64,000 bases of DNA from Octopus sinensis (taxonomy: Eukaryota), in assembly GCF_006345805.1 (NCBI RefSeq), contig NC_043004.1:38502001-38566000 (forward strand), given 5' to 3'. A model generated the notes under the pieces. That model made no database searches. It saw nothing but the letters and a program-made list of their open reading frames with translations, and was not told the DNA's origin. A program made the position numbers and the translations under genes. The first letter of the stretch is position 1. Every line of letters begins with the position of its first letter. Shown in pieces: positions 1-13,124 of this stretch.

Positions 1-592
1 TGGTATAATCACCACCCTGAAGCTGTAACTGAAGGAGAAAATGTAACGATTTTGTGGGACTTTCCAGTACATACAGACCGAACTATCAAAGCCAATAAAC
101 CGGATATTGTTGTGAAAGACCAAAACAATAAAGTTTGTTTATTGATCGACATGAGCATCCCCTGTGATCATAATATCTCGGCGAAAGAATTTGACAAGCT
201 CAGAAAATATAAAGACCTGCTCAATGAAATTGAGAAAATCTGGCATCTCAAGGCGGTTACAATACCAGTGATCGTAGGAGCACTAGGAATGATCAAGAAG
301 GGAACCGAAAATTATATGAGAATGATCCCTGGCTTACCATCCCTGCAAGAAGTGCAAAAGATTGTCTTAACTGGTACATCACACGTATTAAGAAGAGCAT
401 TGTCGATGTGAGAACTATTACTATCCATGTATTTTAATTTAACTTTATTTCTATCAAAAAAAAAAAAATGAACGAACTAGTGAGTTTAGTTTTAATGGCC
501 TACCAATGTATACTATGAGTTTCTTTGCCCTAGGAGTCGGGAAGACACTCGGCAAGAAATGGAAGCAAATTTGAAAGAAGAAGAAAAACCCA
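1..592 (+). mobile_element. 3' end of R4/Dong-like non-LTR retrotransposon (family A): REL endonuclease C-terminus plus 3' UTR, followed by (TAA)n
   Basis: ORF 52-411 has the PD-(D/E)xK REL motif (ANKPDIV...LIDMSIP...KLRKYKDL...IPVIVGALG). (TAA)n tail at 593-630. The element runs off the window start. Confidence 0.85.
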
Positions 593-630
593 TAAATAAT
601 AATGATAATAATAATAATAATAATAAATAA

Positions 631-2421
631 CAACAACTCAAGGGCTTACTAGCGATAGTCAAACAATTCAGTGACGACATCAGAACAACAACTCAAGGGC
701 TTACTAGCGATAGTCAAACAATTCAGTGACGACATCAGAATGCAATTCGGCCTCGATAAATGTGCAAAGGCTACCTTTATCAAAGGAAAAATGACAGAAA
801 CATCTAACGTTAACCTTGACCAACAGAATGTCATAAAAGAACTAGACCCAGCGGAGAGCTACAAGTACCTAGGGGTAATTGAAGGGAACGGAATAAGGCA
901 TTCAGAGATGAAGGAAAGGATCAGGAGAGAATGCTATCGAAGAGTGAGAGCAATACTCAAGACAGAGCTGAATGCAAGAAACAGGATCGAAGCAATCAAT
1001 GCATTAGCTATACCAGTCGTGACTTACAGTTTCAATATTGTTAACTGGTCAATTACTGAAATATGTCAGCTCGACAGAAAAATAAGGAAACTGTTGACAA
1101 TGCATAGAATGCACCACCCTAAGGCAGATACAGAACGACTCTATCTGCCAAGAAAAGAGGGAGGCCGTGGTCTTTTGCAACTGGCAATAACAATGAAGAT
1201 TGCTACAATTGGCCTAGACACCTACCTGAAAAACTCTGAGGACTGGATGTTAAAACTTGTCTCAAAACATGAAAACAAGAAAGCATCATACTCAGTAACA
1301 AAACAGGCAAAGGAATATCTAAGTGAATTCCGAATGCAACCAATTTCGGAATTAGAGATAGATATACAAGAAACAAGCACAGAAAAAGCTAGGCGCATGA
1401 AAACCCGTGCCAAAACTGCGGCCTTAGATATTCTGAATAATAAATGGCAAGAAAAACCTCTCTATGGCAAATACCCAAAGAGAGCGAATAATGCAGATAT
1501 CGACAAAGCCCTGACCCATCAATGGCTAATGGCCTCTGGCTTAAAATCTGAAACAGAGGGGTTTATCATAGTAGCTCAAGATCAATGCCTACCAACAAGA
1601 AACTACCAGGCCAACATATTAAAGATCAGAAGCAGTCCAACGTGTCGTGTATGCAAGCAACAAAATGAAACCATTGATCATGTGGTCTCCAAGTGCAGTC
1701 TTCTAGCGCCTACAGAGTATCTCAACAGGCACGATAGAGCTGCACAATATATTCACTGGGTAATCTGTAAAAACCTGGATTTGCCCCACGAAAAAAACTG
1801 GTGGGAACACAAACCACCCCCAGTGCTTGAAAATGACCACATCTCACTCCTCTGGAACTTCACCATTCAAACTGACAGGAAGATAGATGCAAATAGGCCA
1901 GACATCATATTGAAAGACTTCAAACAAAGAACATGCCTCCTCATTGATATGACTGTCCCAATCGATATAAACGTATCTGTCAAGACCTACCAAAAACTGA
2001 GCAAATATAAAGATCTTGAAATAGAAATCAGCAAAATGTGGAAGCTGAAGACTAAAACAATACCTGTTGTCATAGGTGCCCTGGGAATGATAGCAAAAGG
2101 GGCTGATAGCTACCTAACTCAGATACCAGGAAACCCAAAAATGGCAGAAGTTCAAAAGATAGTGCTCATGGGAACTGCTCATATCCTACGCAAAATACTC
2201 TCTATGTAATCTCAAGGTTTAAAACAAACATAATTTTCGGTTTAAAAAAAAAAAAAAAACCTTTTTCTTTTTAGACATTCATTAGTACAACATCCCCACC
2301 CCCCAAATATATGGCACACTAGGCATATCAACAACATGAACTTCCAACCCTGTTGTTTCTTGAGGTCTCTGGGTGAGACTTGGAGCCAACTTGTACAAAT
2401 ATAAAGCAAAAGTCAAACATA
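631..2421 (+). mobile_element. 5'-truncated R4/Dong-like retrotransposon (family B, copy 1): RT C-terminus, CCHC knuckle, REL
   Basis: ORF ending at 2209 contains KCAK, YKYLG, CRVC..ETIDHVVSKC, RHD and RPDI..D. Flanked by (TAA)n on both sides (593-630, 2422-2518). Confidence 0.9.
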
Positions 2422-2508
<87 letters not shown>

Positions 2509-2522
2509 TAATAATAATTTGC

Positions 2523-2595
2523 TGTAGCCCATCTTTTATACCAAGACAAATGTAGCCCATCTTTTATACCAAGACAAATGTAGCCCATCTTTTTA
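2523..2595 (-). repeat. 2.6 tandem copies of a 28-bp fragment of a SINE-like repeat (family B)
   Basis: TGTAGCCCATCTTTTATACCAAGACAAA repeated. Its reverse complement matches 48035-48062 within the longer repeat at 47958-48290. Confidence 0.7.
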
Positions 2596-2633
2596 TTATT
2601 ATTATTATTATTGTTATTATCATTATTATTATT

Positions 2634-2700
2634 CAGTAGTTTTATTTTTATAGCGTGCTTTCACTTCACTACCGAGCGCAGCTCTGTGTGCCTTGGGTAT
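2634..2700 (-). mobile_element. 67-bp solo 3' terminus of R4/Dong-like family C
   Basis: Reverse complement of 5678-5744. Flanked by (TTA)n on both sides. Confidence 0.8.
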
Positions 2701-2702
2701 TA

Positions 2703-2737
<35 letters not shown>

Positions 2738-2740
<3 letters not shown>

Positions 2741-3264
2741 TAGTATATTTTTTATATCGTGCTTTCACTTCACTACCGAGCGCAGCTCTGTGTGCCTTGG
2801 GTATGTGCTGTGATTTGTTGTGATGCTCTGATGGTTATTGTATGGAAAGTGTTCTGCGTAGGATGCGTGCAGTGCCTAGTAGTGCAATTTTCTGTATGAT
2901 ATATGTGTTGTAAGTCCTGGTGTTTTTGTTATGTATTTGTCTGAATATTTTTTATCATGCCTAATGCACCTATTATGATAGGAATTGTTTCTGTTTTCAG
3001 ATTCCACATTCTAGCTACCTCTATTTCCAGGTCTTTGTATTTTGAAAGTTTCTCCATTTCTTTTAGAGCCACGTTGTCATCCGCTGGCATTGATACATCA
3101 ATTAGAAAACATTTTTTTTCTTCATGATCACTGACAACTATATCTGGTTTGTTGGCCTTAATTTCTATATCTGTGTGTATTGGCATATCCCAGAGTATGG
3201 TTGCTTTCTCGATTTTTGTGACCTTTTCTGGTGTGTGCCTACACCATCTTTTTTCTGTTGTTAT
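2738..3264 (-). mobile_element. 5'-truncated R4/Dong-like family C copy (REL plus 3' UTR)
   Basis: Reverse complement of about 5215-5744 at roughly 90-93% identity. The ORF 2929-3537 translation contains KPDIVV..LIDVSMP..KYKDLEIE. (TAA)n tail on the minus strand at 2701-2737. Confidence 0.9.
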
Positions 3265-5741
3265 ATGGTCGGCGAACGAACCACCAAAAAAAAGGAGTAT
3301 CAAAATAACAAACTCGGCATCTGAACAAACTTGGACCCCCATAACAACTGAAGAGGTCACCCAGGCACTGCAAAAACTAAGCAACTGGAAGGCACCTGGG
3401 CATGACAAGATCCCCAACTGGTTGAAATATCTAACAGGAATGCACAAAAAGCTGGCTGAAAACTTTAACAGCATACTAGCAGAGCCAGAGACAATGCCTG
3501 AATGGCTCACGAAGGGGAAAACCATCTTAATTCCCAAATCAAATGAAACAACAAAACCAGAAAACTACAGACCAATAACCTGCCTCCCTACTATGTTCAA
3601 GGCATTTACTGCAGTGATATCGCAAAGGCTGAACAAGCACCTGGACGAAAACAAACTGTTCCCAGAAGAGCAGAAAGGATGCCGCAAGGGCTCATATGGC
3701 TGTAAAGATCAACTAATGATTAATAAAGCCGTAACTGAAGACAGCCACAGAAAGAAGAAAGGCCTCAGTATGGCCTGGATTGACTACAAAAAGGCGTTTG
3801 ATAGCATCCCCCACACATGGATCCTCGAAACACTAGCCATTAACAAAGTAGCACCAACAATCATAAAATTCATAGAGCACTCTATGAATAAATGGCAAAC
3901 AGTCCTACACCTCCAAACAAAAGAGGGACTCATGAAAACCAAAGACATCCCCATTAGAAGAGGAATATTCCAGGGAGACACGCTCTCTCCACTCCTTTTC
4001 TGCTTGGCACTGTCACCTCTATCTGATATGCTAAATAGAACTGGATGCGGATATAAATGTTACGGCAAAACGATCAGCCACCTTTTATATATGGATGACC
4101 TAAAACTATACGCTGCAAATGACAAACAGCTGGAAACACTATTAAAGACAGTTCATGGATTTACCAAAGAAATAGATATGAAATTTGGATTAGAAAAATG
4201 CGCCAAAGTAACCATGAAAAGAGGAAAACTAGTTAAGAGTAACAACATCACACTAGATAAAACCAATGAAATAAAAGAATTAGACCAAAGCCAAACTTAC
4301 AAATACTTAGGAATCCATGAACTAGATAAGACACAACACACACAAATGAAAGAGAAAATAAAAAAAGAATATTATAGACGAGTTAGATCAATACTAAAAA
4401 CAGAGCTCAATGCTAAAAACAAGATAATAGGTATCAACACTTTAGCTGTCCCAGCTATAAGTTACAGCTACAATATCCTGAACTGGACACGAAATGAACT
4501 GTCCAAAATAGATAGGAAAACAAGAAAAATACTGACAGGATCTAGGATGCATCACCCAAAATCTGACATAGAAAGACTATATATACAACGTATAGAAGGT
4601 GGTAGAGGCCTTATACAGCTGTAAACCTACTATAAAATAACCACCATAGGACTGCAAACATACCTACTTCAGAAGGAAGGAAAACTGATCCAGATAGCAG
4701 CAAAACACGAGCAAAACAAAAAACTGTTCTCAGTATTTAAGGAAGCTGACAAATACAAACAAGAAATCATACCACCTAATAAACACAAAGAAGAAGAAGA
4801 AGATGATGAAGAAACAACAAAAGCTATAAAACAAATGAAATCCAAACTAAAAATAGAACAGCAACGAGCCATGATAAAACGATGGCAAGAAAAGCCCCTT
4901 CATGGTAAATACTGGACTAAACTAAACGCAAAAGAAATAGACAAAGAAAAATCCCAGCAATGGTTGAGAAGCTCAGGACTCAAAGCAGAAACAGAGGGAT
5001 TTTTATTGCAGCACAAGACCAAAGCCTCCCCACCAGAAATTACCAAAAACATGTAATGAAAAGAAATATTACAAGTAACTGCAGAATATGTGGTGATGGA
5101 CAAGAAACAATAAATCATATTATCTCTAGCTGCCCAGTCCTGGCTAAGAAGGAATATATTCAGACATGACAGAGTTGGAACCTACATACATTGGAAGCTA
5201 TGCCAACATTATGGAATAACAACAGAAAAAAGATGGTATAGGCACACACCAGAAAAGGTCACAGAAAACGAGAAAGCAACCATACTCTGGGATATGCCGA
5301 TACATACAGATAGAGAAATTAAGGCCAACAGACCAGATATAGTTGTCAGAGACCATGAAGAAAAAAAATGCTTTCTAATTGATGTATCAATACCGGCAGA
5401 TGACAACGTGTCTCTAAAAGAAATGGAGAAACTCTCAAAATACAAAGACCTGGAAATAGAGGTAACTAGAATGTGGAACCTGAAAACAGAAACAATTCCT
5501 ATCATAGTAGGTGCATTAGGCATGATAAAAAAATATTCAGACAAATACATAACAAAAACACAAGGACTTACAAACACATATAACATACAGAAAATTGCAC
5601 TACTAGGCACTGCACACATCCTACGCTGAACACTTTCCATACAATAACCATCAGAGCATCACAACAAATCACAGCACATACCAAAGGCACACAGAGCTGC
5701 GCTCGGTAGTGAAGTGAAAGCACGCTATAAAAATAAAGCTA

Positions 5742-5744
<3 letters not shown>
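3265..5744 (+). mobile_element. R4/Dong-like retrotransposon family C, 5'-truncated and frameshifted: RT, CCHC, REL
   Basis: NWKAPGHD, NYRPITCLP, DYKKAFDS, GIFQGDTLSPLLF, YMDDLKL, CRICGDGQETINHIISSC, RPDIVV. (TAA)n tail at 5745-5808. Confidence 0.92.
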
Positions 5745-5809
<65 letters not shown>

Positions 5810-6189
5810 TTTAACCAAAACTCATGTAAGATCAGAGGAAATGTTAACAATGACAAACAGTAAAAAATGAAAATAATAGTGATGTTAATAATAATAATGA
5901 AAGGTAGCGGTTGGAATCTCCTTATGTCTTGATTGATGATACATCTAATGATGGTGTCACAATAAAATTATTGGTAATTACGAAGCCTGATATTCGCTAC
6001 TTCATATGAATGGCAATGAAAAAACAAGATATTGGGAATAAAGGTGGTAGTGAAACTGAAGCCCTTGAGAGTGACAGTGCTGTACCTGGCAGGCTCAGAG
6101 ATACTGGTCCGACTCTAGCCTCTCATTATCCAACAAGGGACCAGCACACAGACCATAGATGGAAGAAACAAGTCAATGCTGTGTTCGAT

Positions 6190-6510
6190 CCCCAGGACTT
6201 ATTCTTTGTAAGCCTAGTACTTATTTTATCAGTCTCGTTTGCCGAACCGCTAGGTTACCGGTTGTCAAGCGATATTGCGGGGGGGGGGACAAACAAGACA
6301 CACAAACATATACACACACACACATACATATACATATATACACATATATACGACGGGCTTCTTTTAGTTTCCGTCTACCAAATCCACTCACAAGGCTTTG
6401 GTAGGCCCGAGGCTATAGTAGAAGACACTTGCCCAATGTGTCACGCAGTGGGACTGAACCCGGAACCATGTGGTTCGTAAGCAAGCTTCTTACCACACAG
6501 TCACTCCTAC
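6190..6510 (-). mobile_element. tRNA-derived SINE (family A), partial
   Basis: A/B-box-like head on the minus strand (GGTTCAGTCCC) and internal (CA/TA)n. Homologous to 7909-8352. Confidence 0.8.
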
Positions 6511-6832
6511 AAATATATTTTATATTTCATACCTAAACCATTATATAGCTAATATGTATAATTATTTATTCGCATAATTCCTTCTATCTGTCCCTATATA
6601 TATATACATATACACTCACACAATGTGCGCGCGCACGAGTACACAAACACACCCACACACTTCAATATGGAACAGCTAGAGTAAATGCATAATGCCGCTT
6701 TGGTGGAGCAATATTCTTTAGTCGTAGCTTAACCAGGCTAACATTTACATCATGGTAAGGGATATCTCTTAGCAATTACGATGTCCGTCACATGAACATT
6801 GGTACTGGAAACCATATTGTAGAAAGATATAT

Positions 6833-7046
6833 TTCTTTATTGCCCACAAGGGGCTAAACAAAGAGGGGACAAACAAGGACAGACGAACGGATTAAGTCGA
6901 TAAATCGACTCTAGTGCGTAACTGTTACTTTATTTATCGACCCCGAAAAGATGAAATTTGAAATTTGAACTCAGAACGTAACAACAGACGAAGTACGGCT
7001 ACGCATTTCACCTGGGGTGCTAACGTTTCTGCCAGCCCGTCGCCTA
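6833..7046 (-). mobile_element. tRNA-derived SINE (family C)
   Basis: Reverse-complement homologue of 29839-30066; B box GAGTTCAAAT. Confidence 0.75.
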
Positions 7047-7908
7047 TATTGTAGAAAGATTAAAAAAATGACGAAATTATTGAAGTAACAAACATACTCT
7101 TCAAGGGAAGCAACTCTGACGATATTATCTCCCTTGCATATGATTTAGACTTTAATATATTTCACATAAAACATACTTTATGCCCTAAATTTGATACACA
7201 GTGTTGTGAATTCATGAGACTTATAACATTGTGTCTCTAGACGAGGTATATATTCATAAATTTTTGTGCATATTCATTCTGCGAATTCTGTTGTGTCATA
7301 ACACATTATGCGAAAAACGTGTTAATTTCTGCAGTAAGGTTCACAGATATTGGAAATATATACTATTATGTGTATTGAGTACAATGTATAATGAAGTTGA
7401 GATAATTGTAGACCACCATATTAAATTAAAAAAATAAAATCCAAATTTAATGCAAGGGAGGCAATGCTTTAAAAGTTGTTCCCCTTGATTACATATTTGC
7501 GTTTAAGTTCAAAATTTAGATGATCATTAACATCCCACGTAACATGCTTAGTAAGAGTTATCTCTCTTACTATGGACGAATGAATATCATACGTGTGTAT
7601 AAGCCAATAGATATATAGACACTCATATATTCATATTAAACGTTAACTAGCAGCTAAGCCCGGTTTCACCTCGTCTTTTTGGATGATGTGGATGTGATCG
7701 TTTTCGGTTAGGCATAATCTATAACAGTGTTCTCAACCTTATCATTTCGATTGGAGCGTCCAGCTGTATGAAAATTCCTTCCCCCTCCCCCCTGTCAGAA
7801 AACAGCTTCGGGTGTTGTGAAGAAAGAATTTGTACGTAGTCTGTTTCTGGGAGCTAATTTATTGGATCTCTGTCTAATCATTAAAACATTTATGTAATTA
7901 TGAACATG

Positions 7909-8352
7909 TACTCTTTTACTCTTTTACTCTTTTACTTGTTTCAGTCATTTGACTGCAGCCATGCTGGAGCACCGCCTTTAGTCGAGCAATCGACCCCGGG
8001 ACATGTTGTTTGTAAGCCCAGTACTTATTCTATCGGTCTCTTTTGCCGAACCGCTAAGTGACGGGGACGTAAACACACCAGCATCGGTTGTCAAGCAATG
8101 TTAGGGGGACAAACACAGACACACAAACACACACACACATACACACACACACACAGACACACACACACACACATATATACATATATACGACAGGCTTCTT
8201 TCAGTTTCCGTCTACCAAATCCACTCACAAGGTATTGGTCGGCCCGGGGCTATAGCAGAAGACACTTGCCCAAGATTCCACGCAGTGGGACTGAACCCGG
8301 AACCATATGGTTGGTAAAGCAAGCTACTTACTACACAGCCACTCCTGCGCCT
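7909..8352 (-). mobile_element. Full-length tRNA-derived SINE (family A) with (TAAAAGAG)n tail
   Basis: On the minus strand: TGGCTGTGTAGTAAG (A box), GGTTCAGTCCC (B box), internal microsatellite, then 3' GGTGCTCCAGCATGGCTGCAGTCAAATGACTGAAAC plus an octamer tail. Confidence 0.85.
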
Positions 8353-10550
8353 ATAAAGAAATTATACTTTAATCCCTATTTTTGTAAGCAGTTGTAACCG
8401 TAAAAAGTTTATTTGCAGAAAACAGAAATTGAAAGAAGGTATGTGAAATGGACGTGTGAGGGGGAGGGGTGCGTCCGTGTGTGTGTGTGTGTGTGCGTGT
8501 GTGCGTGCTTGCGCGTGTGTATATGAGAGAGATTAAGGACGAGAAAGAGAGATAGAATGAGTGAGTGAAGGTGTGTGTCATTGAGTTACGTTGGCTAGCA
8601 CGGCGACTACGAAGCTTTTGAGGCGGCACATGACTGGGATAATTTGAAATATGTGAAGAAATGCCGTCTTTTCAGTCTAGCGCTTCTTTGTAGGCAACGT
8701 TTCTCGTTTTCCCTTCTGATGCACAAATGAATAGACTTTGTGGCCTGCCAGCACAGGAGCATCCAACGTAAAGTTAACCGTGGGAGAACACTTGCCCTGT
8801 GAGATTTAAACCAACGATTTGCAATGATTGACCCTGTGCCTTATTTATTGTCATTTGATAGGAAATTGAAGTCGCTTAAACATGTAGATCATATCGGAAG
8901 GAGTGAGGGACATTTGAGCTATAAGAACATCTTGACCAGCGGCCGGTCCATTCAATTCTATTGGACCTCTGTCTAATCACGTCTTTTGAGGTACACACAC
9001 ATACATAGAAAATGTGAGGTCATGGTAGAAAATTTTTACGATAGCTGATTTATGGAAAAGATTAAAAAGAAAATGAGGGCAAAAAGCACTCGTTTTTTCC
9101 CAATGAAAAATCGTTTCCTAGTAGCCGGAATTTCGCGACAAAATGTATGTTTATTAAGCACAACAGCCTGCAGTGCATGCCGCTGGGCATTAAAAGCCAA
9201 TCGCACAAACCTAGAGGACCTCTGGGCCCCCTTGAATCGATAAAAAATCACTCTTTTTGCCATAGCAACCACATCTTTATGCCTTGTAAATTTTAACCAT
9301 TGCGGGTCTCATCCTCACCAGGCATTTAGTATACCTGGCAATTTTCAGCTCGTTCCTAGCCTCGGTTTGGCCGCCATTAACCGTCAAAGCAAAATGTGCA
9401 TACAATTTTCGTCCAAGGACTGTTTTATACATATATAAATGTTTAGAAAAGTCTGAAACCCGAAAACATAGAATATTGGTGGATGTAAAATGAAAGAAAA
9501 TTAAGCATGCTAGCTTGAGAAAGCTACTAAAAAGTATTTGTTCCTATAACACCTCGAAAAGGTTTATTTCAGTCGTTGATTGCACTTCGAAAGTACCTAT
9601 CGTCTAATGTTTCTGTACACAACATAATGCATAGGGATTCCATGGAGCAAGAATTACAAGTCCTATGAAATTAACGGTATGGATGTGCATACTTTATAAC
9701 AGACTATGCAATGCTATATTGTACTCTTATTTCATTTTATTGTCCATACATGGACAATGTGCTTTTTGTGGCTATTAGGTTGTTTGACTCTTATTTCTAG
9801 TAATGCTACCCAGTACAATCAGTCACTACTAGTGACACTTGAAGTTTTCGTTTTTGGTTTTATATTGCGTCTAGCCGCATTCGTTGTTTTATAATTTTCA
9901 CACTTCCAGTTTATTAAATAAGCCATTAATACATATGGTAGATATTATATACTGACAAGTGGGATATATCTTAACCATCTGTGATGGAGTAGTCACTATC
10001 GCCAAGATTTAACTTTTAGCGACAACTTTAACACGAAATAACTTCGGAAATATAATCTTTTCTCAAAAATGCTAAGAGTAAAAGATGTTTTATATGACAC
10101 ATTCTACCAGTGAAGATTGAAAGTGTTTAGTTACAAAACATTAATAATAATTTTTCGATCTGCCGTTCAAAGGAAAAAGATCCCCACTCACCCAAAGTTT
10201 CAGACCTTGTACCAATAGCAAAAAGAATTATTATTAATATTATTATTTTCATATACTCTAAACAAATTAGACTGTTTGAAAAGTAAAAAAAATCGAAACT
10301 CGTTATTAATACGATGAATTGACATATTTAGTAAAAAGTCGGACAAAATAACAAGGTATTTTACCAGTCAATATAATTCATTTTTCTGTACTGCTGTCTT
10401 TTCTTTCCTTTTGATGAACAACTTTGTTGGACTAGTATTTTTATTTTTTCCAATTTTAATTGAACTGTGTTTTTATTTTTATTGTGTTCAAGACTTTTGT
10501 AGTTTTTGGTTGAGTGACTTTTTTCCTTGTTTGAACTGTGTTTTATCGAC

Positions 10551-10885
10551 ATGGCAGATAAAATGATAAAAAATAAGACCACTGCTTTGGAGTGGGAGAT
10601 TGTCTCACCCAAGCAGTGGTTAACAGATATGGAGGAGAGGAGGGTGGTGGTTAGAACATACTCTAAAGGTCTTGATACCATCACCGTCTTCCCAAAACAA
10701 ATCATTGAAAAATTACTAAAAGACTATTTCTTCCCTGTAAAATATATATCCCGGGGTGCCAGGCATGCAACGGTGTGGTTGCTGTTCGGAGGAGGCTTGC
10801 AATTTTGCAAGTAAGCCTTTGGAAGGCAAAAACATTTTGTTCCTCCCGTCGTACTGCGGGAGAAAGGTGATAAAAGCCTGGGTAT
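10551..10885 (+). mobile_element. Possible degraded LINE ORF1 fragment
   Basis: A coding-like island with two overlapping frames (MADKMIKNK...YISRGARHATV; KPLEGKNILFLPSYCGRKV). The family assignment is from recollection only. Confidence 0.3.
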
Positions 10886-10890
10886 GTGGG

Positions 10891-11063
<173 letters not shown>

Positions 11064-11554
11064 ATGGCATAATCAAAAGGTAGGTTATAATGAACAGAAG
11101 AATCAGTAGAGCATCAGAAAATACTATGTTGTGTTTGGTTATGCAGTTATGTGCTGAGTTGAAATCCTACATGTTAGTCAGCTCGGTCTTTTACCTTTCA
11201 GATTAGTTACCTATGATTAGTTTTAGCCCAGAAGCTTTGAAGACATGGAGCAGGACAACTGGATGCAGCTGTTTAGGCACTGGTGATTTGGCATGGCTAA
11301 ACTGGCAACACTACTTTTTGGCACTGGAGGTTAAACGTACCACATGCACATGCATGTAGAAATTTACACTTAACTTTTTACCTTTATCTTTTATTTGTTT
11401 TATCTTTTATTTGCTGGAGTACTACCTTGAAAAATTTTAGTTAAAAAATTTTTTAAACAAGAATATATTTGTTAAGATATTTCGTATTTTACAAGATTAT
11501 TTACGTATGTTTATTAATTTATCTAATTGATTATTTTATTATTGTTGTTACCTT

Positions 11555-11658
11555 TAACCTGAAGTGTGGCTATATTTATACTGAAGTGATTTTACTAATA
11601 CTACTATTATTTTTACTATTATCATTTCTTAAATATAGCCACGAAACACGTGTCGTTA
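11555..11658 (+). ncRNA. Minimal type-I hammerhead ribozyme (A9 position mutated to U)
   Basis: Stem I TAAC/GTTA; core CTGAAGT; perfect 13-bp stem II GTGGCTATATTTA/TAAATATAGCCAC; GAAA; palindromic helix III ACACGTGT; cleavage triplet GTC (11654). Confidence 0.75.
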
Positions 11659-12311
11659 TTCAAGCAAATATATACATTTTATTTATTATTTTGCACATTA
11701 CTTAATCATCGTTATATGTTTTATCTTATATTTAGTCTCTCTATAATATGTAATTTTTCTAAATGGTATGATTTAATTTTTCATTATTGAATTGATAGAT
11801 GATGTTTCTTTCTAATTTATATATATACATTATACCAGTCATATCTTTTTTCTTTGGTGATACATATGATCTCTTTAGACTTCTATCTTAGCGCCTTTTC
11901 TGTCTCCGTTTCCACCTACTCAGCCTCTTTTCCTTTTAAAGAGAACACCTTATAGGTGATCGTTTTCCTTTCTATCTTCTCCATAATTCCTTTGGTGGGC
12001 GACAGCCTTACGTCCCCTCCCACCTTCTGTAACATCTTGTCATAATTCTTCAGACCAACCAAGTCCAACTCCCTTCGTTTCTTCTCCGTGATCTGCAAAA
12101 CTCCTGGTCTTTTCTAGCACACTGTCCATCTCTTTGATCGCCCTCACGAGCTCCTCCCCTGAAGACAACTCAGACCCGCTAAGATCTGAGTGCATCCCCT
12201 CTAACCTCAAAGCAGCAAAGAAAAAATCGTCCGACTCTCACACAAACGACAAAACAAATGCGTTCTGGGTAACCGGAAGTAAGCAAGCTACTTACCACAA
12301 AGCCACTCCTA

Positions 12312-12377
<66 letters not shown>

Positions 12378-12752
12378 CGTACACAAACCGTCTCAAAACA
12401 CGCGTGCACACGTATGTATACACACATACACACACACTTACACACATACACTGTTGGTATAATCGCGAATATGTCACTAACCGAAAGAATTCGATTTATT
12501 GCTTAGGAAAATATTGTGAAAATAACTCTAACAGTTCAAATACAAAAAAATAAGCATACTCAATTTCATTTTTACCAAATTTAGGAAAATAAGTATTCTT
12601 TTTTTATTTGGTTATGAGAATCACTTCCAGGTGGGAATGGGTTACTTCCCATGGTTTTTAAAATAAAATATATTCGATATATATTATATATATATATATA
12701 TTATATATATATATAAGGATACATATATATATATATATATATATATAAGGAT

Positions 12753-12794
<42 letters not shown>

Positions 12795-13001
12795 TATATA
12801 TATAATATATATATATAAGGATACATTCTATTATCGATTTATTGAAGAATATGAGTATGCCATGTGGTTTCAGACATAATTTCTACTCACGTGTCAGGTT
12901 TTAATCAAAATTGTTACAACGATGTAGAAGGAATTAGTTAACAACTCCACAAAAACACCCACATGCAGAATAACCACATATGTAGTAGATAGATAGAGAC
13001 A

Positions 13002-13124
<123 letters not shown>

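Noticed and set aside
9706-9894. Hydrophobic 62-aa ORF as a small secreted protein or galaxin signal exon
   Set aside because: No splice support, not mirrored in the duplication, and explained by T-rich composition.
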